64,000 bases of DNA, from NCBI RefSeq assembly GCF_009914755.1, contig NC_060927.1; one strand, written 5' to 3'. Below, one piece after another: positions 13,054 to 28,227 of this stretch. The notes under the pieces were generated by a model, which had not been told where the DNA came from, ran no database searches, and saw only the letters and a list, made by a program, of their open reading frames with translations. Position 1 is the first letter of the stretch. Each line of letters starts with the position of its first letter. This DNA comes from the human T2T-CHM13v2.0 reference genome, Homo sapiens. The position numbers and the translations under genes were made by a program.

Positions 13054-14628
13054 TGTCACAGGATCCTTAGGGTGTTGCTTCACCAGGCAGAAACCTCTGT
13101 GGCTGGTGGCACCTATGCTTGTGTTTCACTTGCATGTGCTAAGCTTGTTCTGTCCACTTGGTTGGGCAGGCTGCGCTCAGCTTGTGCTAACTGCTTGGAT
13201 CCCATGTCTGCAAAGGGTGAGCCAGGCACAGAGTGCCAAGGGGTGTGTGAGTGAGTGAATGTGGGATCCAGCCACTGTGCACACCCTTGTAGGCCAGCTG
13301 TGGTGGCATGGGCAGCTCCAGGCACTGGCGCAGGTGCTGGCTCTGTGTGAGGCTGTGGCTGGACCAGATGTAACACAAGCAGCTTCCACTGTGGGCAGCA
13401 ATGTCCGGACAAGGGGAACATGATGGAACCCAAAAGTTCAGAGACACTAGGAAAAGCAGAGCCCCAGAGGGTGTTACAATGTGTCACAGTCCTGGGTCAG
13501 GGCATCCTGAGGTTTGGGCTCCCAGAGGGTAGCAGCTCTTCTCTCCTTGTAGTCCACAAGGTGGCAAGCAGGGGACAAGTTTTAGTCCTGTTTGTGTTAC
13601 AGCTCTTTCATTTCTGCCATTTGGAGGGTCCCAAGTTCTTGCCTCATATCCAGGAAGAATAAGGTATGCAGACAACTGGAAGATGTGCAAGGCAGAGAGG
13701 AGCTGCATTGAGCAGCAGAATAGCTCTCAGGAGACCTGAAGTGGGTGGCTACTTTCCACAGGATGGTCATCCCAAAAGACTGTCCACCTCTCAGCTCAGA
13801 GGAAACTTATTCAGAGGAGTAAGTAGCTCCTTTCCCAATTTGTGTGTTAGTCTGGCTGAGTCTGGGGTTTTTATGTGCTCAGAATGAAGATTGTGTGTAC
13901 TGATTGGTCCATGGGCAGCCATGGGAGGGCCTGAAGAAAGCACCATCTGATTGGCCAAATGGTCATCAATGAAGTCCTGACTCTGAGCTACAGACTTGGC
14001 CCAGAACTAGCATCCCAGCCTCCAGGCTTCAGGCTGTCTCTGGCCTGAAGCTGGGGTTTCACTGGGGAGACCTTCTCATTCCTGCCTAGGAACTTGTCTA
14101 CCTTTAACATGCTTACATGGCACCCAGGCTGTCCATGCCAAGAGGCGCTTGCAGTTCCCTGCTGAGCCACACTCACCACTCCCAGCTCCCCTCCCATGCT
14201 CATGTGCTCCTAAAGTCCAGAGGGGTCTGAGGCAGCAGCCGGTGGGTGTATCAGAACCACCCTGAGCATGCACACCCAGCTGGGTTCCAGCAGCATCCAG
14301 GCTCAGCCATAACTTTGTTCTGACCCACAGCGGGTGCTGGGAGAGGGTAGAGGCCAGGAAGGGGGAGCAGGCACTTTCACGTATGCAGGGGTTAGGAGCT
14401 TCCTGGGCCCCTGACAGTGAAGGGATGCTCAGGTCTGGATCCCAGCTGGGCAACTGCAGCTGTGCCGAGGAGCTCAGGGCTCCCCCTCAGCCAACTCAGT
14501 AGGTGGCAGGGCTCTCACCTGTCCCCAGCCCCCATGGGCTCCACAGAGCACACAGGTCCAGCCATGCATCCATCACTGCAGCTGGTGTCCCTGCAACAGC
14601 TACTCCAGATGGGCTGCCACCAACATCA
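13054..14628 (-). mobile_element. ERV1 solo LTR, MER52 family (about 1.57 kb)
   Basis: TG...CA termini (tgtcacaggatcc ... caacatca); near 4-bp TSD cttt/cttg; GC-rich island in AT-rich background; matches recalled MER52 ends. Confidence 0.85.
13868..13954 (-). promoter_or_regulatory. LTR promoter motifs: two CCAAT boxes upstream of a TATA-like CATAAAAA
   Basis: ATTGG at 13950-13954 and 13903-13907, TTTTTATG at 13868-13875, all in LTR sense orientation; activity not shown. Confidence 0.45.
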
Positions 14629-15134
14629 CTTGTAACCAAGAAATACAGATACTGTTATTCTACTCTAAGAGTGTGCCATATGAAGGCCATTGATTCAGAA
14701 TTTAATTCATTTTCCTGTGAACAGTTTCCCAGGTTATAAAAATATGGGAGTTTGGTAGTATGCTACAATTATTTTTCAGTTAGACTCGTGAGTAGTTCTG
14801 CATGAATTCTTATGCAGAGAAGCTGCAAAAAACAAGTCCACAGGACAAAAGTAGCTTGAGTGTGTTTTGTGTAAGATTTTCTCTCCAAGCAGGGAAGAAG
14901 AGATTCAGGACTTCTGCAGGACAGAGTAAGCAGTGCCATCTCAACAGGGTGATTGTCATTACTCCCCATTCCAAAACCTCAGGGGGTTTCTAGTGAATCA
15001 CAGAGTAAAAGTAGGATGTGTCCACTGCTGCCCTGACTCATGGGTAATTTTTCAACTGGTTATACTCATCTCCACTTCGTGTCACCAGTCTTTCCTTTTA
15101 TGCATTTATTGAGATGAAAGTTGTCCTGCCTTTA

Positions 15135-15153
15135 ACACACACACACACACACA

Positions 15154-15191
<38 letters not shown>
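15135..15191. repeat. (CA)n microsatellite, about 28 units with one interruption
   Basis: direct inspection. Confidence 0.97.
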
Positions 15192-15192
<1 letters not shown>

Positions 15193-17635
15193 TTTTAGGA
15201 GCCTTAAGTCAAGCTTGAAAATTGACAAGGCTTGACAACCAGACTTGTCAAATGTAAATTGTTCATATCTAAGAATCAAAATAGAAAATGTTAAATGGAG
15301 AATCTCATCTCTGTTCCCTGGTTCTCTTGATAGGAGCTTCTTTCATCTTGCATTTTGAGAACTGTAGTCGCTCCTCACCAAACTTTTCTAGTTTACGAAG
15401 CCTTTTTATTTCTCTCATTGTCCTCATTTCAAGTCTAATCTAAATTTCACCAAGTTCTCTGATCTTGATTCTGAATCGTTCTGCCCTGAGAACACTCATC
15501 ATCTTCTTAGTATCAGTGTGGCCTTGGAAGGAGCAAAATTACAAAATAACAGTATTAGTAAGAGAGCAGAGGAGAAAAGACATATGCAGAGGGTGTACAA
15601 TTTAATCAATTCAACTGTAAGAAGCTGCCGCAGCATATTTTCCCAAGCTGATCACATCCTTGGCCTCAGATTCCTTCTTATACCATCTTCATTCATTTTT
15701 TAAACAACGACTTAACATTATTTAAGTGACTGAATATCACTTTTTAGATTCCAGAAGAAGAATCAAAAGAAGTAAAATAAATCATCTCTCAATGAAGGCA
15801 ATAAATCAACATGGCTACAAGGCAGTAAGGGATAATTCCTCAGGAGACTATTAGCAAATATGTAATAGTTTAAAGATAATACCAATGTGTGTTTGTGTGT
15901 GTGTGTGTGTAATTGCTTTTAAAATGTAAAGAAATTGGTGCAGAACGATGAAATATTCAGCGTTAAAGCAACCTTATCAGTGAGACCTTCTCCAAACACT
16001 AAATCTAAATATGTCTCACCCCATATTTTTTATTTTAATTTATTGTTTGTTCCTTTTAATGTATTTCACATTTTTAAAATACTCTTTACTTCTCTCTGGT
16101 TTGCCTCCTCCACTTGATAAACTCTTAAAGTGAGGATTTTGTTTCATTCACCACTAGCCACATAAAGCCTAGCAAAACGCTTGTTGCAAATAATGTTTAA
16201 GTGATTAATTAAACTAACAAAGATACGAAATTTGAAATTTCACTGAGTTTTCTCCCTTATTTAAACTTGTTATACTCCAATTAAAGGTTCAGAATACTCT
16301 TTTTTTAAAAAAGTGTGCAGTATTTATGTGAGTAGGGAAAAATAGTTACAGATTTAGATAGAGCTGGAAAGTCATTGTTTAGGGAGAATGGAAGTGTGCA
16401 TTAAATTACTTATTAAGTCCTCACTAATCTGCAGGGATACATGCTCAATTCTGGGTAAAGTGACTTCCTGTCATAAAATGATCCATAATTAATGGGGAAG
16501 ATTGGCATTTAAACAACTCCAAGACATGTTACTCTGTTGCACGAGCAAGAACAAGGGGAAGACTCTTAGGATAAGACAGAAATGTTTTTGCAGGGATGAC
16601 CTTTAGTTTTGATCATTAATATTGAGCTAACATTGTACTTGTGGAAAGAAAGAGAAAACACTCTCTAGAAAGACAAAGAGTGAAAGGGCATAGTGTTGTC
16701 AGGAATACCAAAGAGTTAGATGCAACATTCATGGCATGTGCAGGGTAGGTGAGGACAAACGGGGGCAAGGAACGGGCAATTTCTGGTCCTCAATTGCATT
16801 GAAGGTGTTGATCTACTATTTTCTGTCTTCACCAAGATTATAGTAAATAGAGATGATTTAGGTGGAAGCTAGTGAAATTTAAATAAGAATTTCAAGGAAG
16901 ATGTTAGACTTTCCATCATTGATAATCTTGCAGACAACTAGTCTCTTTCTATAGTCTAGATTAGTTTGATAATGGAGAAATAGAAGAGATACTATCAGGG
17001 TCATTTTGTTTCTTCCGAATATAATGTCTTGTGAGGAAATAACTGTTTTTGTAATTTAATATGTGAAACTGGAGGTTGAGATTACAACTGTAGAAATGGG
17101 AATTTTGAAAACTTAAATTCCTACTACAAATGTTTTTCTATAGTTCTCATTTATGTATAAATTTATAATTTACTGATTACAGCCCAAAGATAAAGCTTTA
17201 TTTGGAACAAATATAAATATTCATCTCGCTTGTCTCCTTTTACATGGTAGGTAAAATCACTGAAATTTCAGAGACATGCACAGTTGTTTCTATAATACTG
17301 TAAAAGATAAAATGTTACTATTTTTGTCAAGACTTTTAAACCTTACACTGATTTCTGGGTAATAAAGGTAATAAATCATTTAATTTATCATGTATTTTTA
17401 AAAACCTTTTTGATAGATAAGGATCACCATGAAGATAACTTAAATATTCCTAATTTACTACTTGGAGAAACACCCTGAAGGCTGAGAGAAAAATGTAGCA
17501 TTTAATACCACAACACGCTAACTTGGTAGAAATAAGCAGAGGCAATGAGGAGGGGAGCTGGGACCTCCAGGAATGCACCACAGGCTCACATTTCAAATGC
17601 CGAAATCTGGAGGCAGAGCCATGGTCTTTATAAGG

Positions 17636-18287
<652 letters not shown>

Positions 18288-18761
18288 CAAAGTGACAGTG
18301 CCTTCTATTTCCCTGAGATTATGTATGCCATGCACACTGTGGTCATGTTCTGTATTCTTCACATGGCTATTCTAATGATCATATTCTCCACTATTATACT
18401 ATACTTTCCTCAAATCTCACACATATCTTGCAATGGGAAATGAACCTTATAGTGGGAAAGTCTACAAGGCCTTCTTTCTCCTGCACATTTAGCTATCAAA
18501 ATGATTCCCTCATCTCAATCTTTCTGAGCCATTTTTCTCAAGACACTCTATCGTTGTTTTTTTAATATTCATGGTAAGAAAATAGTTAGCATTTCTGTCT
18601 TTAAAGTTATTCCCAAGAGATCCAAAATAAATTAAAATGAGGGCTCTGTTTATGGGCAATCAATTGGGCCCATGTACTGTTTGGGTTCCCCAGCCTCATA
18701 TCCTTCTAGGCCTGGCCCTATCTTAACATAAATATTTATTCTCCCTTAAAAGTACCAGACC

Positions 18762-18830
18762 TCACCACTATGCAATATATCTGTGTAACAAAATTGCACT
18801 TGCACCCCTTAAATTTATACAATTTTTAAA
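18762..18830 (+). mobile_element. Tiny L1 3' end fragment
   Basis: caccactatgcaatatatctgtgtaacaaaattgcacttgcacccc. Confidence 0.65.
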
Positions 18831-18911
18831 ATGCCCATTTTGTTTATTACTCTCTCCTTTTCAACATTCTCTGGACTTTGCCCACTCTAGTATTCCTTTA
18901 ATTGATTGCAT

Positions 18912-19121
18912 TTCCTTTCTTCTTTTTTTTTAAATTGTACTTTAAGTTCTGGGGTACATATGCAGGATATGCAGTTTTGTTACATAGGTATACACATGCC
19001 ATGGTGGTTTGATGCACCCATCAACCCATCACCTATATTAGGTATTTCTCCTAATGCTATCCCTTCCCTAGCCCCTCATCCCCCGACAATCCCCAGTGTG
19101 TGATGTGCCCCTCCCTGTGTC
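18912..19121 (-). mobile_element. 5'-truncated L1PA (L1PA7/8-like) 3' end
   Basis: tttaagttctggggtacat...gccatggtggttt...aggtatttctcctaatgctatccct. Confidence 0.9.
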
Positions 19122-19334
19122 TAGGAACTCTCATTTTTTCCTAAGAGTTTCATGTCTATATAAACTCACACACATGTGTGTACACATCTCCCTTTCCACG
19201 CTTTCTATCTTCCTTATATCATTCAATTCCTCATAGCTGAACTTCTCAAAAGATACTCACTGTCTCTCTTTTTTTTACCATCCATGAGCTTCTTAGTCCT
19301 CACCTTAGTTCCTCTGATTCTTGCATGAAAAAAA

Positions 19335-19397
19335 AAAGACAGTGATACAAACTGAAAAGACAGTGATACAAACTGAAAAGACAGTGATACAAACTGA
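19335..19397. repeat. Perfect 3 x 21-bp tandem repeat (aaagacagtgatacaaactga)
   Basis: units at 19335, 19356 and 19377 are identical. Confidence 0.97.
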
Positions 19398-20532
19398 AAT
19401 TTAGTGCACTCCATGTCTCTGTGGCAGTTTTCTGACTTCATTTCAAATTCAACATATTCTTTATATGACATTTCCTTGTGCTTGTGTTACTATTCTATAC
19501 TAGACTCTGACCACTGGAGGTGGTACCAGTGGTCCCTTACCTTCACATTCTAAGAGAAAGCATACAAACATGATTTTATCTCCGTTAGGTTTCTTCTAAC
19601 TCTCCTCTTCCTTTGAGAACAGTGCCAAATTTAGGCTTTGGAGGCTCAAGCCTAAGCTTCCGTAATTCTATAATCATATAACAATTTTTTTCTGAGTACT
19701 GTATAACCAAAACAATGCCATGACAAAATTAATTATTGCACCAATATACTTTCTTGCTCAGTTTATCTGTGTTGACTCGTCTTCTCGACCAAAAACCTTC
19801 ATCAGTAGAAATTTGAAAGATAGATTCTGCAACTCCATGTGCCTCTATGACAGTATTATATTAACAACGGTCTACTCCGGGTCATTTATATCCTCATCTA
19901 TTAATTTGTTCCAACAGAAGACAGTGTACATGTCAATTTCCCTGCTCTGAGGTGAAATGTAAGGAGCACAAACACACACACAAATCAAGACTGTAAACAA
20001 GATCGAGATAATCAAATGGCTTCCAGAGAGGAAATGTGTGCTGTAAAGTTTGGGTGACCAGGAACACTAACAACTAAGAACAATTTTTATAACATTTTCT
20101 CTCGTCTTTAAAACAAATTCTTGCTTTTGAAACTTGATTAGAAAGAAGTTCTTTCCAATCAACATTCTAGATATATAAATTTTACAATGGTATCAATACA
20201 CTAATTTATTATTACAGAGAAACCAATTAACTAAGGCCTATTTTTCATTGTGACCCAAGCCGCCTTGCAGGCAGAGAGCTGTGTAGCTGGCTAGCATACT
20301 GAAGATCAGTTATTTTGTTATTGCTACTAAGTCCCTGTGGAAGATAAGGTTTTATTTGTTGGAAAATGCTCTAAGATACTTGTTACAAGTGAAACATAAA
20401 AAAAAAACTTAGCAGATATTAGAAAAAGCCATTCCACTCTTATCTTTTATTCTTTAAATGGCTCAAAATAGGATTAATTTTATATATATATATAAAAAAC
20501 TAATTATACTTTTAGCATCAAATAAATACATC

Positions 20533-22525
20533 TTTTTAAAGACTTGTTTAGAGCAGTTTCAGGTTTACAGCAGAATTGACTGGAAGGTACAGAGATGTCT
20601 GATAAAACTCTTACCTCTACACATGCATAGTCTCAGCAATTATCAATATCCCCAACCAGAGTGGAACATGTTACAACTGATGAATCTACATTAGCATATC
20701 ATTGCCACTCAGAGTCCACAGTTCACCTCAGAGTTCACTCTTTGTTTTGTATGTCCTATGAGATTAGACAAACGTATATTGACATGTTTCCACCATTTTG
20801 GTATTCCACACAGTATTTTCACAAAGGTAAAATATCCTCTATGCGTCGCCTATTCATTCCTCCCTCTCTGCAAATCCCTCACTGTTTTACTGTCTCCATG
20901 GTTCTTGCCTTGTCCAGAATGTCATATACAGTCGTCTCTTGGTTTGCATGGGGGAATGGTTTCAGGACGCAGCTTGTTTACCAACATCTGTGCCTACTGA
21001 AGCATCACTTGAATACTGCATTTTCAATATGCGTTTGCTTGAAAATGAATTCTTTGTCTAAGTGGACCCACGCAGTTTAAACCCATGTTGTTCAAAGGTC
21101 AGCTGTAGTTGGAATCATATCATATGTAACTTTTTCAGATTGACTTCTTTCACTTAATAGTAACCATTTAAGTTTTCCCCATGTCTTTTCATGGCTTAAT
21201 AGCTTATTTCTTTTTAGCATTGCCTAACATTGTATTGCCTAAATATATCACAGCTTATTTATCTATTTACCTACTGAAGAGCATCTTGGTTGCTTCCAAG
21301 TTTGGCAGTTATGAACAAAGCTGCTATAAACATCCATGTGCAGCTTTTGAGTGGACGTATGTTTTTAACCTCTTTGGGTAAATATAAAGGAGTATGATTG
21401 CTGGAATGTGTGGTAAGGGCATGTTTAGTTCTATAAGAGGAAGCCAAACTGTCTTCAAAAGTAGCTCTACCATTTTCCATTCTACCAGCAATAAATGAGA
21501 ACTACCGTTGTTCCACATCCTTGCCAGCATTTGATGTCATCACTGTTCTGGATTTTGGCTATTCTAATAGATAGGTATTGGAATCTCATTGTTTAAATCT
21601 GCATTTCCCTGATGACATATGATGTACAGCATGTTTTTCTATGTTTATTTGCCATCTGTATGTCTGTTTTGATGATATATGTCTGTGGGTCTTTGGCCTA
21701 TTTTAATGAAATTGTTTCTTTTCTTACTGAATTTTCAGAGCATGTTATACATTTTGGAAATGTATAAATACATTTATCAGATATGTATTTAAAATATTTC
21801 CCTTATTCTGCAACTTGTCTATTTATCATCTTGATGGTTTCTTTCTCAGAGCAGAGTTTGTTTTTAATTTTAATGAAGTCCCTCATCAATTATTTTTCAT
21901 GGATTGTGCCTATGGTGTCATATCTAAAACGTCATCACAAATCTGAAAGTCATTATCGACTTTCTCCTGTGTTCCCTTCTAGAGTTTTATAGTTTTGCAT
22001 TTTATATTTAGGTGTGCAATCCATTTTCAGTTTTTTTTTGTTAAGGGTGTTAGAGTATGTGTCTGGATTTATTTTATTTATTTGTTTATTTTTTTTACAT
22101 GTGGATCTCTACTTGCTGAGGACCATTGATTAAAAGAAGTATCTTTGCTCTATTGTATTGTCTTTGCTTCTTTATGAAAGATCAGTTGAGTATATTTATG
22201 TGAATTTATTTCTGGGATTTCCATTCTGTTCTATTGATCTGTCTATTCTTTCACCAAAACCTCACTGTCTTGATTACTACATCTTTGCAACATATGATAT
22301 AGTAAATAAGTCAAAGTTGTGTATTCTCAGTCCGCCAACTTTGTTGTTTTTCATTCTTGTGCTGGCTATTCTGGGTCTTTTGCCTTTTCATGTAAACTTT
22401 AGTATCAGTTTGTCAATACCCACAAAACAGCTCATTGGGATTTTTATTGGGATTGTATTGATGCTATGGGTCAAATTGGAAAGAACTAATATCTTAACAA
22501 TAACAATTCTTCTTATACATGAAAT
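20533..22525 (-). mobile_element. L1MC-type LINE-1 (3' UTR and ORF2 end), interrupted by MER8
   Basis: tttagagcagtttcaggtttacagcagaattg...; ttggttgcttccaagtttggc; ttgggattgtattg. Confidence 0.85.
20929..21105 (-). mobile_element. MER8-like TcMar-Tigger element, internally deleted
   Basis: cagtcgtctcttgg...ttgttcaaaggtcagctg termini; TA TSD; host L1 rejoins across it. Confidence 0.8.
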
Positions 22526-23300
22526 TTAAATATCTTTATTTAATGATTTGTACCACCATTTTTTAAATTCAATCTGTAGTACTGTAAAATCTTTTGAAAA
22601 TCTCTAATTTTGGTAGATTTTATCCTTAAATTTTCTGGGTCTTTTAAACAAAAAATTAGGCAGGTTATATACAACTTCTATGATATTGTAAAACAGAAAT
22701 GTTACCGAGAACTTGTTCTTCTTTTTCTTGGAAAATATTATAGATTTTAGGGAAAACATATTCTATGTATAATCATTTTTTATTTTTCAAGTAAGTTGGC
22801 ATCACCATGGGTATTCCTGAGTTTCAATTAGAATAGTAAAAATATTCAGTACTATCTCAAGGAGAAATTTATTTATTTGAGACTAAGAATTTTAAAAAAT
22901 ATTTCCAAAGTTACATGGACACCATATTTAGACAAAACACATAATAATCCATGACTTGATTATATTCGGTTATTACATTAGTGCTTACTTTGTCATTAAT
23001 CCTAACATTCTTTTATATAAAGAAATGGTACAAAAAAAGATGAGATGCTTTTCTGAATGCGTGTAATTAGGGAATACTATTATCTGTTTAGGCTAAGTAA
23101 GTATGAATTTGGCACATTGCATAGGATCACACTTAAAATATACTATAACAGCTTGTCTTATGTAAAGTAATCAAGGACATTGTGTGAATTGTGTGTTCAG
23201 CCGTCTCTTTTCATGCACTCCAATTTTGATATGATTCTCTTGTCCACACACGTTTCTTGCGCCACTCATAGGATTTTCTCAATGTTGACCTATCTTAGTT

Positions 23301-23384
23301 TATATATATATATACACATATATATATACACATATATATACACATATATACACATATATATACACATATATACACATATATATA
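23301..23384. repeat. (TA)n/(TATACACA)n microsatellite
   Basis: direct inspection. Confidence 0.9.
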
Positions 23385-25133
23385 AACATTTGCTTCGTGC
23401 TAGTACATAGTAATTATTCACTTTGTAGTTTATATTTTATTAACAGGAATTTAACTCAATGCTATGGCTATTTAACTACATGGAAACGATTTACTGATAA
23501 ATACAATGTTACTGACAAATATTCTCAGCATTGTCTTATAAATAATACATATGTATTTTAGTTTATTCATTAGGAAATATAAATATAGCACTGGAAAGTA
23601 TTTATATTTCCATGGCTGTTATTTGCTACAAATGAATTTAATCCAATTTAATCCAACGTTGGCTTCATTTAATAATAACTATTTCTAGTGAAAAGACATT
23701 ATTTCAATAACTATTATTTTCATAATGAAATTTACAGAAACGTTAAGCATCGTATGAAAGTTAAAAACAAAAGCTATATTTGTCCTGCTTTTGGTAGCAG
23801 CAGTGTTGAAAGACAGAGAATGGTCAATCTTCAGATGAGTCATAAGAAGAATTAAATTCAAGGACTATTGCACTCCATATGTGACCCAATTGTCTCAAAC
23901 CCCTATTGTAACTGAAGCCAAAAAGGGATAAAACAGATATTGAAAATGAAATTAGAAATACTGATATTTGAAGTGAAAAATTAGCTTTTCAGACTCAGAG
24001 CATGTATTGGTAGCAGTGAAATGGATGAAGGCAATGCTCTCTGTGTATCTTGGAGAGGAAGATGCTATATTGTTTGGTTCTGTTTTTTGTTTGTTTTTTA
24101 ACTTACAAAATTTTCATTCTTTCCTACCCGAATGTTTTAAAACAAAGGTAAACAAAGCTATTTATTTGAATATTCAATGCTAAAATAGTAATGTGGCATT
24201 TGTGATATTCCAGTTGAATGCAATTTCTTCTATCCTCTTCTCTCTTATTCACTATCTATATACCTACTATATCTCTCTTTTCATTATTAAAATGCCACTC
24301 AGCAGAAAGAAGATAGAAGTTGTCAACATGACTTTTCAAAGCTATAAAGTTGGAAGTGTTGCTTGTTAGGATAAAACCTCTAGAGTAAAAAGTGAAATGT
24401 AAGGATGTTATTGTACCAGCTTGTTGAATGCATATGAGAACAGAGGCTATATTGTCAATTTATGGCATCAAAGTGGGAGTGAGGAGCACTAAAATTTGTC
24501 ATTTCAGACCTCAGTACATTTTCAGGGGAGAAGATACTGAACCCAGGGAACCTGACCACTCAGTTGCTAGCAAAATAGAAATGTATTTTAAATATTTGAA
24601 CTAGCAGCACTTTTAAAATAATTTTAGATGTGCCAAGAAATTTTATGAATGAAGCTTGGCTCCCTTTGTTTTATTTATAATTATAACTTAATAATTTATA
24701 ATTCTCGTTTATTGAAGAAAATATTAGTAGAGAGGAGTTTTCTATCCCAATGTGTTGCTCATGTTAGTCATTGTTCCTCAATTTCTTATTCCACTTTTAT
24801 CTGTCTGAAAAGTCACTTCCTTTCTTTAGTCCCACTCTTTGTGCTTTTTTTCAATAAGTGAAGCCCAAAATTCCCAGAGTTTATAACTTCTGATTTATTG
24901 TGAATACAACAATTTTTATGTATTCTATTATAGCATGGATCACAATGAGGTATAATTATATGGTTAAATGGCTGACTGCCATAACTCAAGGTGAGCTTTT
25001 CAAGAAGTGGGCCAATATTTTATTTTATTTTTTTAATTCTTAAAACTTAACATTTGTTCAGTTAGTCAATTGTTATTGTTGAGTTCCCAAATGAATGTTG
25101 AATGATGGCTGTTGAAAATACATTACAATATAC

Positions 25134-25531
25134 TTTCTTTTATATTTCTTAATTTTTGTGGGTCCACAGTAGGTGTATATATTTATGGGGTACATGATAT
25201 ATTTTGATATGGTCACGCTATGTGAAATAAGCACATCATGGAGAATGGGGTATCCATCCCCTCAAGCATTTTCCCATTGGATTACAAACAAATTACACTC
25301 TTTAAGTGATTTTAAAATGTACAATTAAATTATTATTAACTATAGTCATGCTATTGTGCTATCAAATAGTTGGGTCTTATTCATTCTATTATTTTTTATA
25401 CCCAACTCCTCCCCACATTTCCCACTAGCCTTCCAAGCCTGTGTTAACCATTCTTCTACTCTCTACATCCATGAGTTCAACTGTTTTGATTTTTAGATTT
25501 CACAAATAAATGAGAACAAATGATGTTTGTC
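25134..25531 (-). mobile_element. L1MA (L1MA2/3-like) 3' end
   Basis: tttatggggtacatga...gagaatggggtatccatcccctcaagcattt. Confidence 0.88.
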
Positions 25532-25931
25532 TAAGAGTGTAAAATTAATTTAGAAAACAAAATAATTATTGAAAATAGTATAATGCCATTTGTTTCTATG
25601 ATTTTAAGTACTAGAATTAAAGTAAGCACAATAATAGTGGCACAAGATGCTGTAAGGACAAGAAGGGTAAAATTTCATCAGAAATAGTAAGAAATGTCAA
25701 GATACAGTTTTCCTAAGTAAAAATTAGTGAACAATCCACAGAAAAGTATATTGTGTTATGAGCTCCTTTTATCTAGTGAAAAGTAATACTCTATGGTTGG
25801 ATTTTGAAGCGCATGATCTTGATTTTGCTTTAAAGATATTAATATGATGGTTCTGAGCAAAATTTAACCAACAAGGTAGGGAATGAAAACAGTCCAACTT
25901 AAAGGGTTGTTTAAGATTTAGAAAGACTTTA

Positions 25932-26218
25932 GCTCATGCCTGTAATCCCAGCACTTTGGGAGGCCGAGGCAGGCGGATCACCTGAGGTCAGAAGTTCAAG
26001 ACCAGCCTGGCCAACAAGGTGAAACCCGTCCCTATTACAAATACAAACAGTAGTTGGGCATGGTGGTGTGCCTGTAATCCCAGCTATTTGGGAGGCTGAT
26101 ATACAATAATCTCTGGAACCCGGGAGGCTGACGTTGCAGTGAGCCTAGATGGTGTCACTGTACTCCAACCTGGGCAACACAACCAGACTCTCTGTCTAAA
26201 AATAAAAATAAAAATAAA
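25932..26218 (+). mobile_element. Alu (AluSx-like), slightly 5' truncated
   Basis: gctcatgcctgtaatccc...; TSD aagatttagaaagactttag/aagatttggtaagattttag. Confidence 0.93.
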
Positions 26219-26576
26219 GATTTGGTAAGATTTTAGAATTTGGAACCATCAAAAATAATAGCTAAGGGATGAATTTTAAATTAGACCATACAGCCTAGTT
26301 AGACTATGCAACAAAAACTTTAAAAAGTATTACAGATAAAAGAAGAGTTTTGTTGTGCTTTGATATGTGATTTGCTTATCCTAGAAGACCTTAAACATTT
26401 TAATAAACTGAAGTGAAGAATGAATATACATTAAATGTTTTCAGTGCCAACGCTTTTTAAAATGTTGTGTTTACTATTTAAATTTTTGATATAAAGTCTT
26501 AATTACTAAGAAAGAAATTATTTTTTTCATAGAAAAAAATGACAAAATTACATTAGCTCTTGGATTGTGTAGTCTA

Positions 26577-27068
<492 letters not shown>

Positions 27069-28227
27069 TTAATGGAAGAATTTAGAATATGAATTATAAT
27101 TCCTTTATAGTGTATCTCTATTGCATTTTTTTATGTAAGTTGATTGCAGCCTAGGGCAATGGGTGCACAGTTAATTGTTCATTTGTTTTTTTGTCTCTCA
27201 AGGGTTACCTCAAACCTCCATATACCAGCCTAAGAATTTTTGTTTTGTTTTGTTTCATTGCATATTAAGTTTTAATTCCCTTTTCCTGTCCATCATGTAA
27301 CTTCATGGAGAAACTGGAATTGATAACAATCATTAATTAATTATTTTATCAAACTCAAAGTTAATTTTGTTTATCTTCTCACCAAATAATAAATAAAATT
27401 AGATCAACTGTAACAATAAAAATATACTTGTCTCTTTAATTAAGGATCCATATCTTAGGGAGCTATAGTATTAGGAAATAATTCAACTTTAATTTTACCA
27501 CTGTATTAATTCAAGATATTAATATGCATGCATGTGTACCATACATACAAGTTAATCACATTTCTCTTCTGTGAACCATTTTATTTTTCTGAGCAATCAT
27601 TCAAATGTAGAATAAAACCTGTGATCTCATTTCAAAATAACTATACAATTAACTTCAAGTATCATGAGTTTGAAACTGGATGGTCAGTAAGTTGGAAAAC
27701 CAAGTGGAATAAGGCTGCATTTAAAATTTAAAAAGAGAAAGAGATAGTCTGATATGCCTTCACAATGAAAAGTAATTCAGTACTGTAACATTTAAAATCT
27801 CATTAAAGAGCTCCAAGTTTTCCAGATATTAAAACAATCATCCTGCAGAAGAAAAGTATTATTTAAACTACTGATGGGTGTAGTAAGAAGCTTTCACATT
27901 TAATGGTTCAGAAGCATCATTCCTGTGTGCAAACAAGAACAATTAGTAAATCCAAATTTTCATGAATCATAATTAAGAAAAAATAGTAAGGAAAAAATTG
28001 CAATTCAGTTAGAGGACAAAAATGAAGTATAAGAAAGCTCTACAATTGTTATCTTAGGTTTGTAACAATGAAAAGTAAGAGGTAGGAAAATGTAATCCTG
28101 ATAGACTGACAACAATCAACAATAAAAATATAATTATATGTACTATTGCATACATATGTATGTATATGTATTACATATGTTTGCATGTAAGTGTAAACCT
28201 ACATATACATGTATGCACACACATATA

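Noticed and set aside
12922-14739. Cluster of overlapping 70-125 aa ORFs on both strands
   Set aside because: They lie in or overlap the GC-rich MER52 LTR, where stops are rare; no recognisable protein or splice structure
19335-19397. Short direct repeats as a CRISPR-like array (also 9603-9674 and 33902-33985)
   Set aside because: No unique spacers, no cas genes, eukaryotic context; these are ordinary tandem repeats
19509-19534. 9-bp hairpin gaccactgg...ccagtggtc
   Set aside because: Arms this short with a free loop length are expected by chance in 64 kb
25134-25531. Similarity to 63355-63829 as a segmental duplication
   Set aside because: Independent copies of one L1MA subfamily; flanks are unrelated
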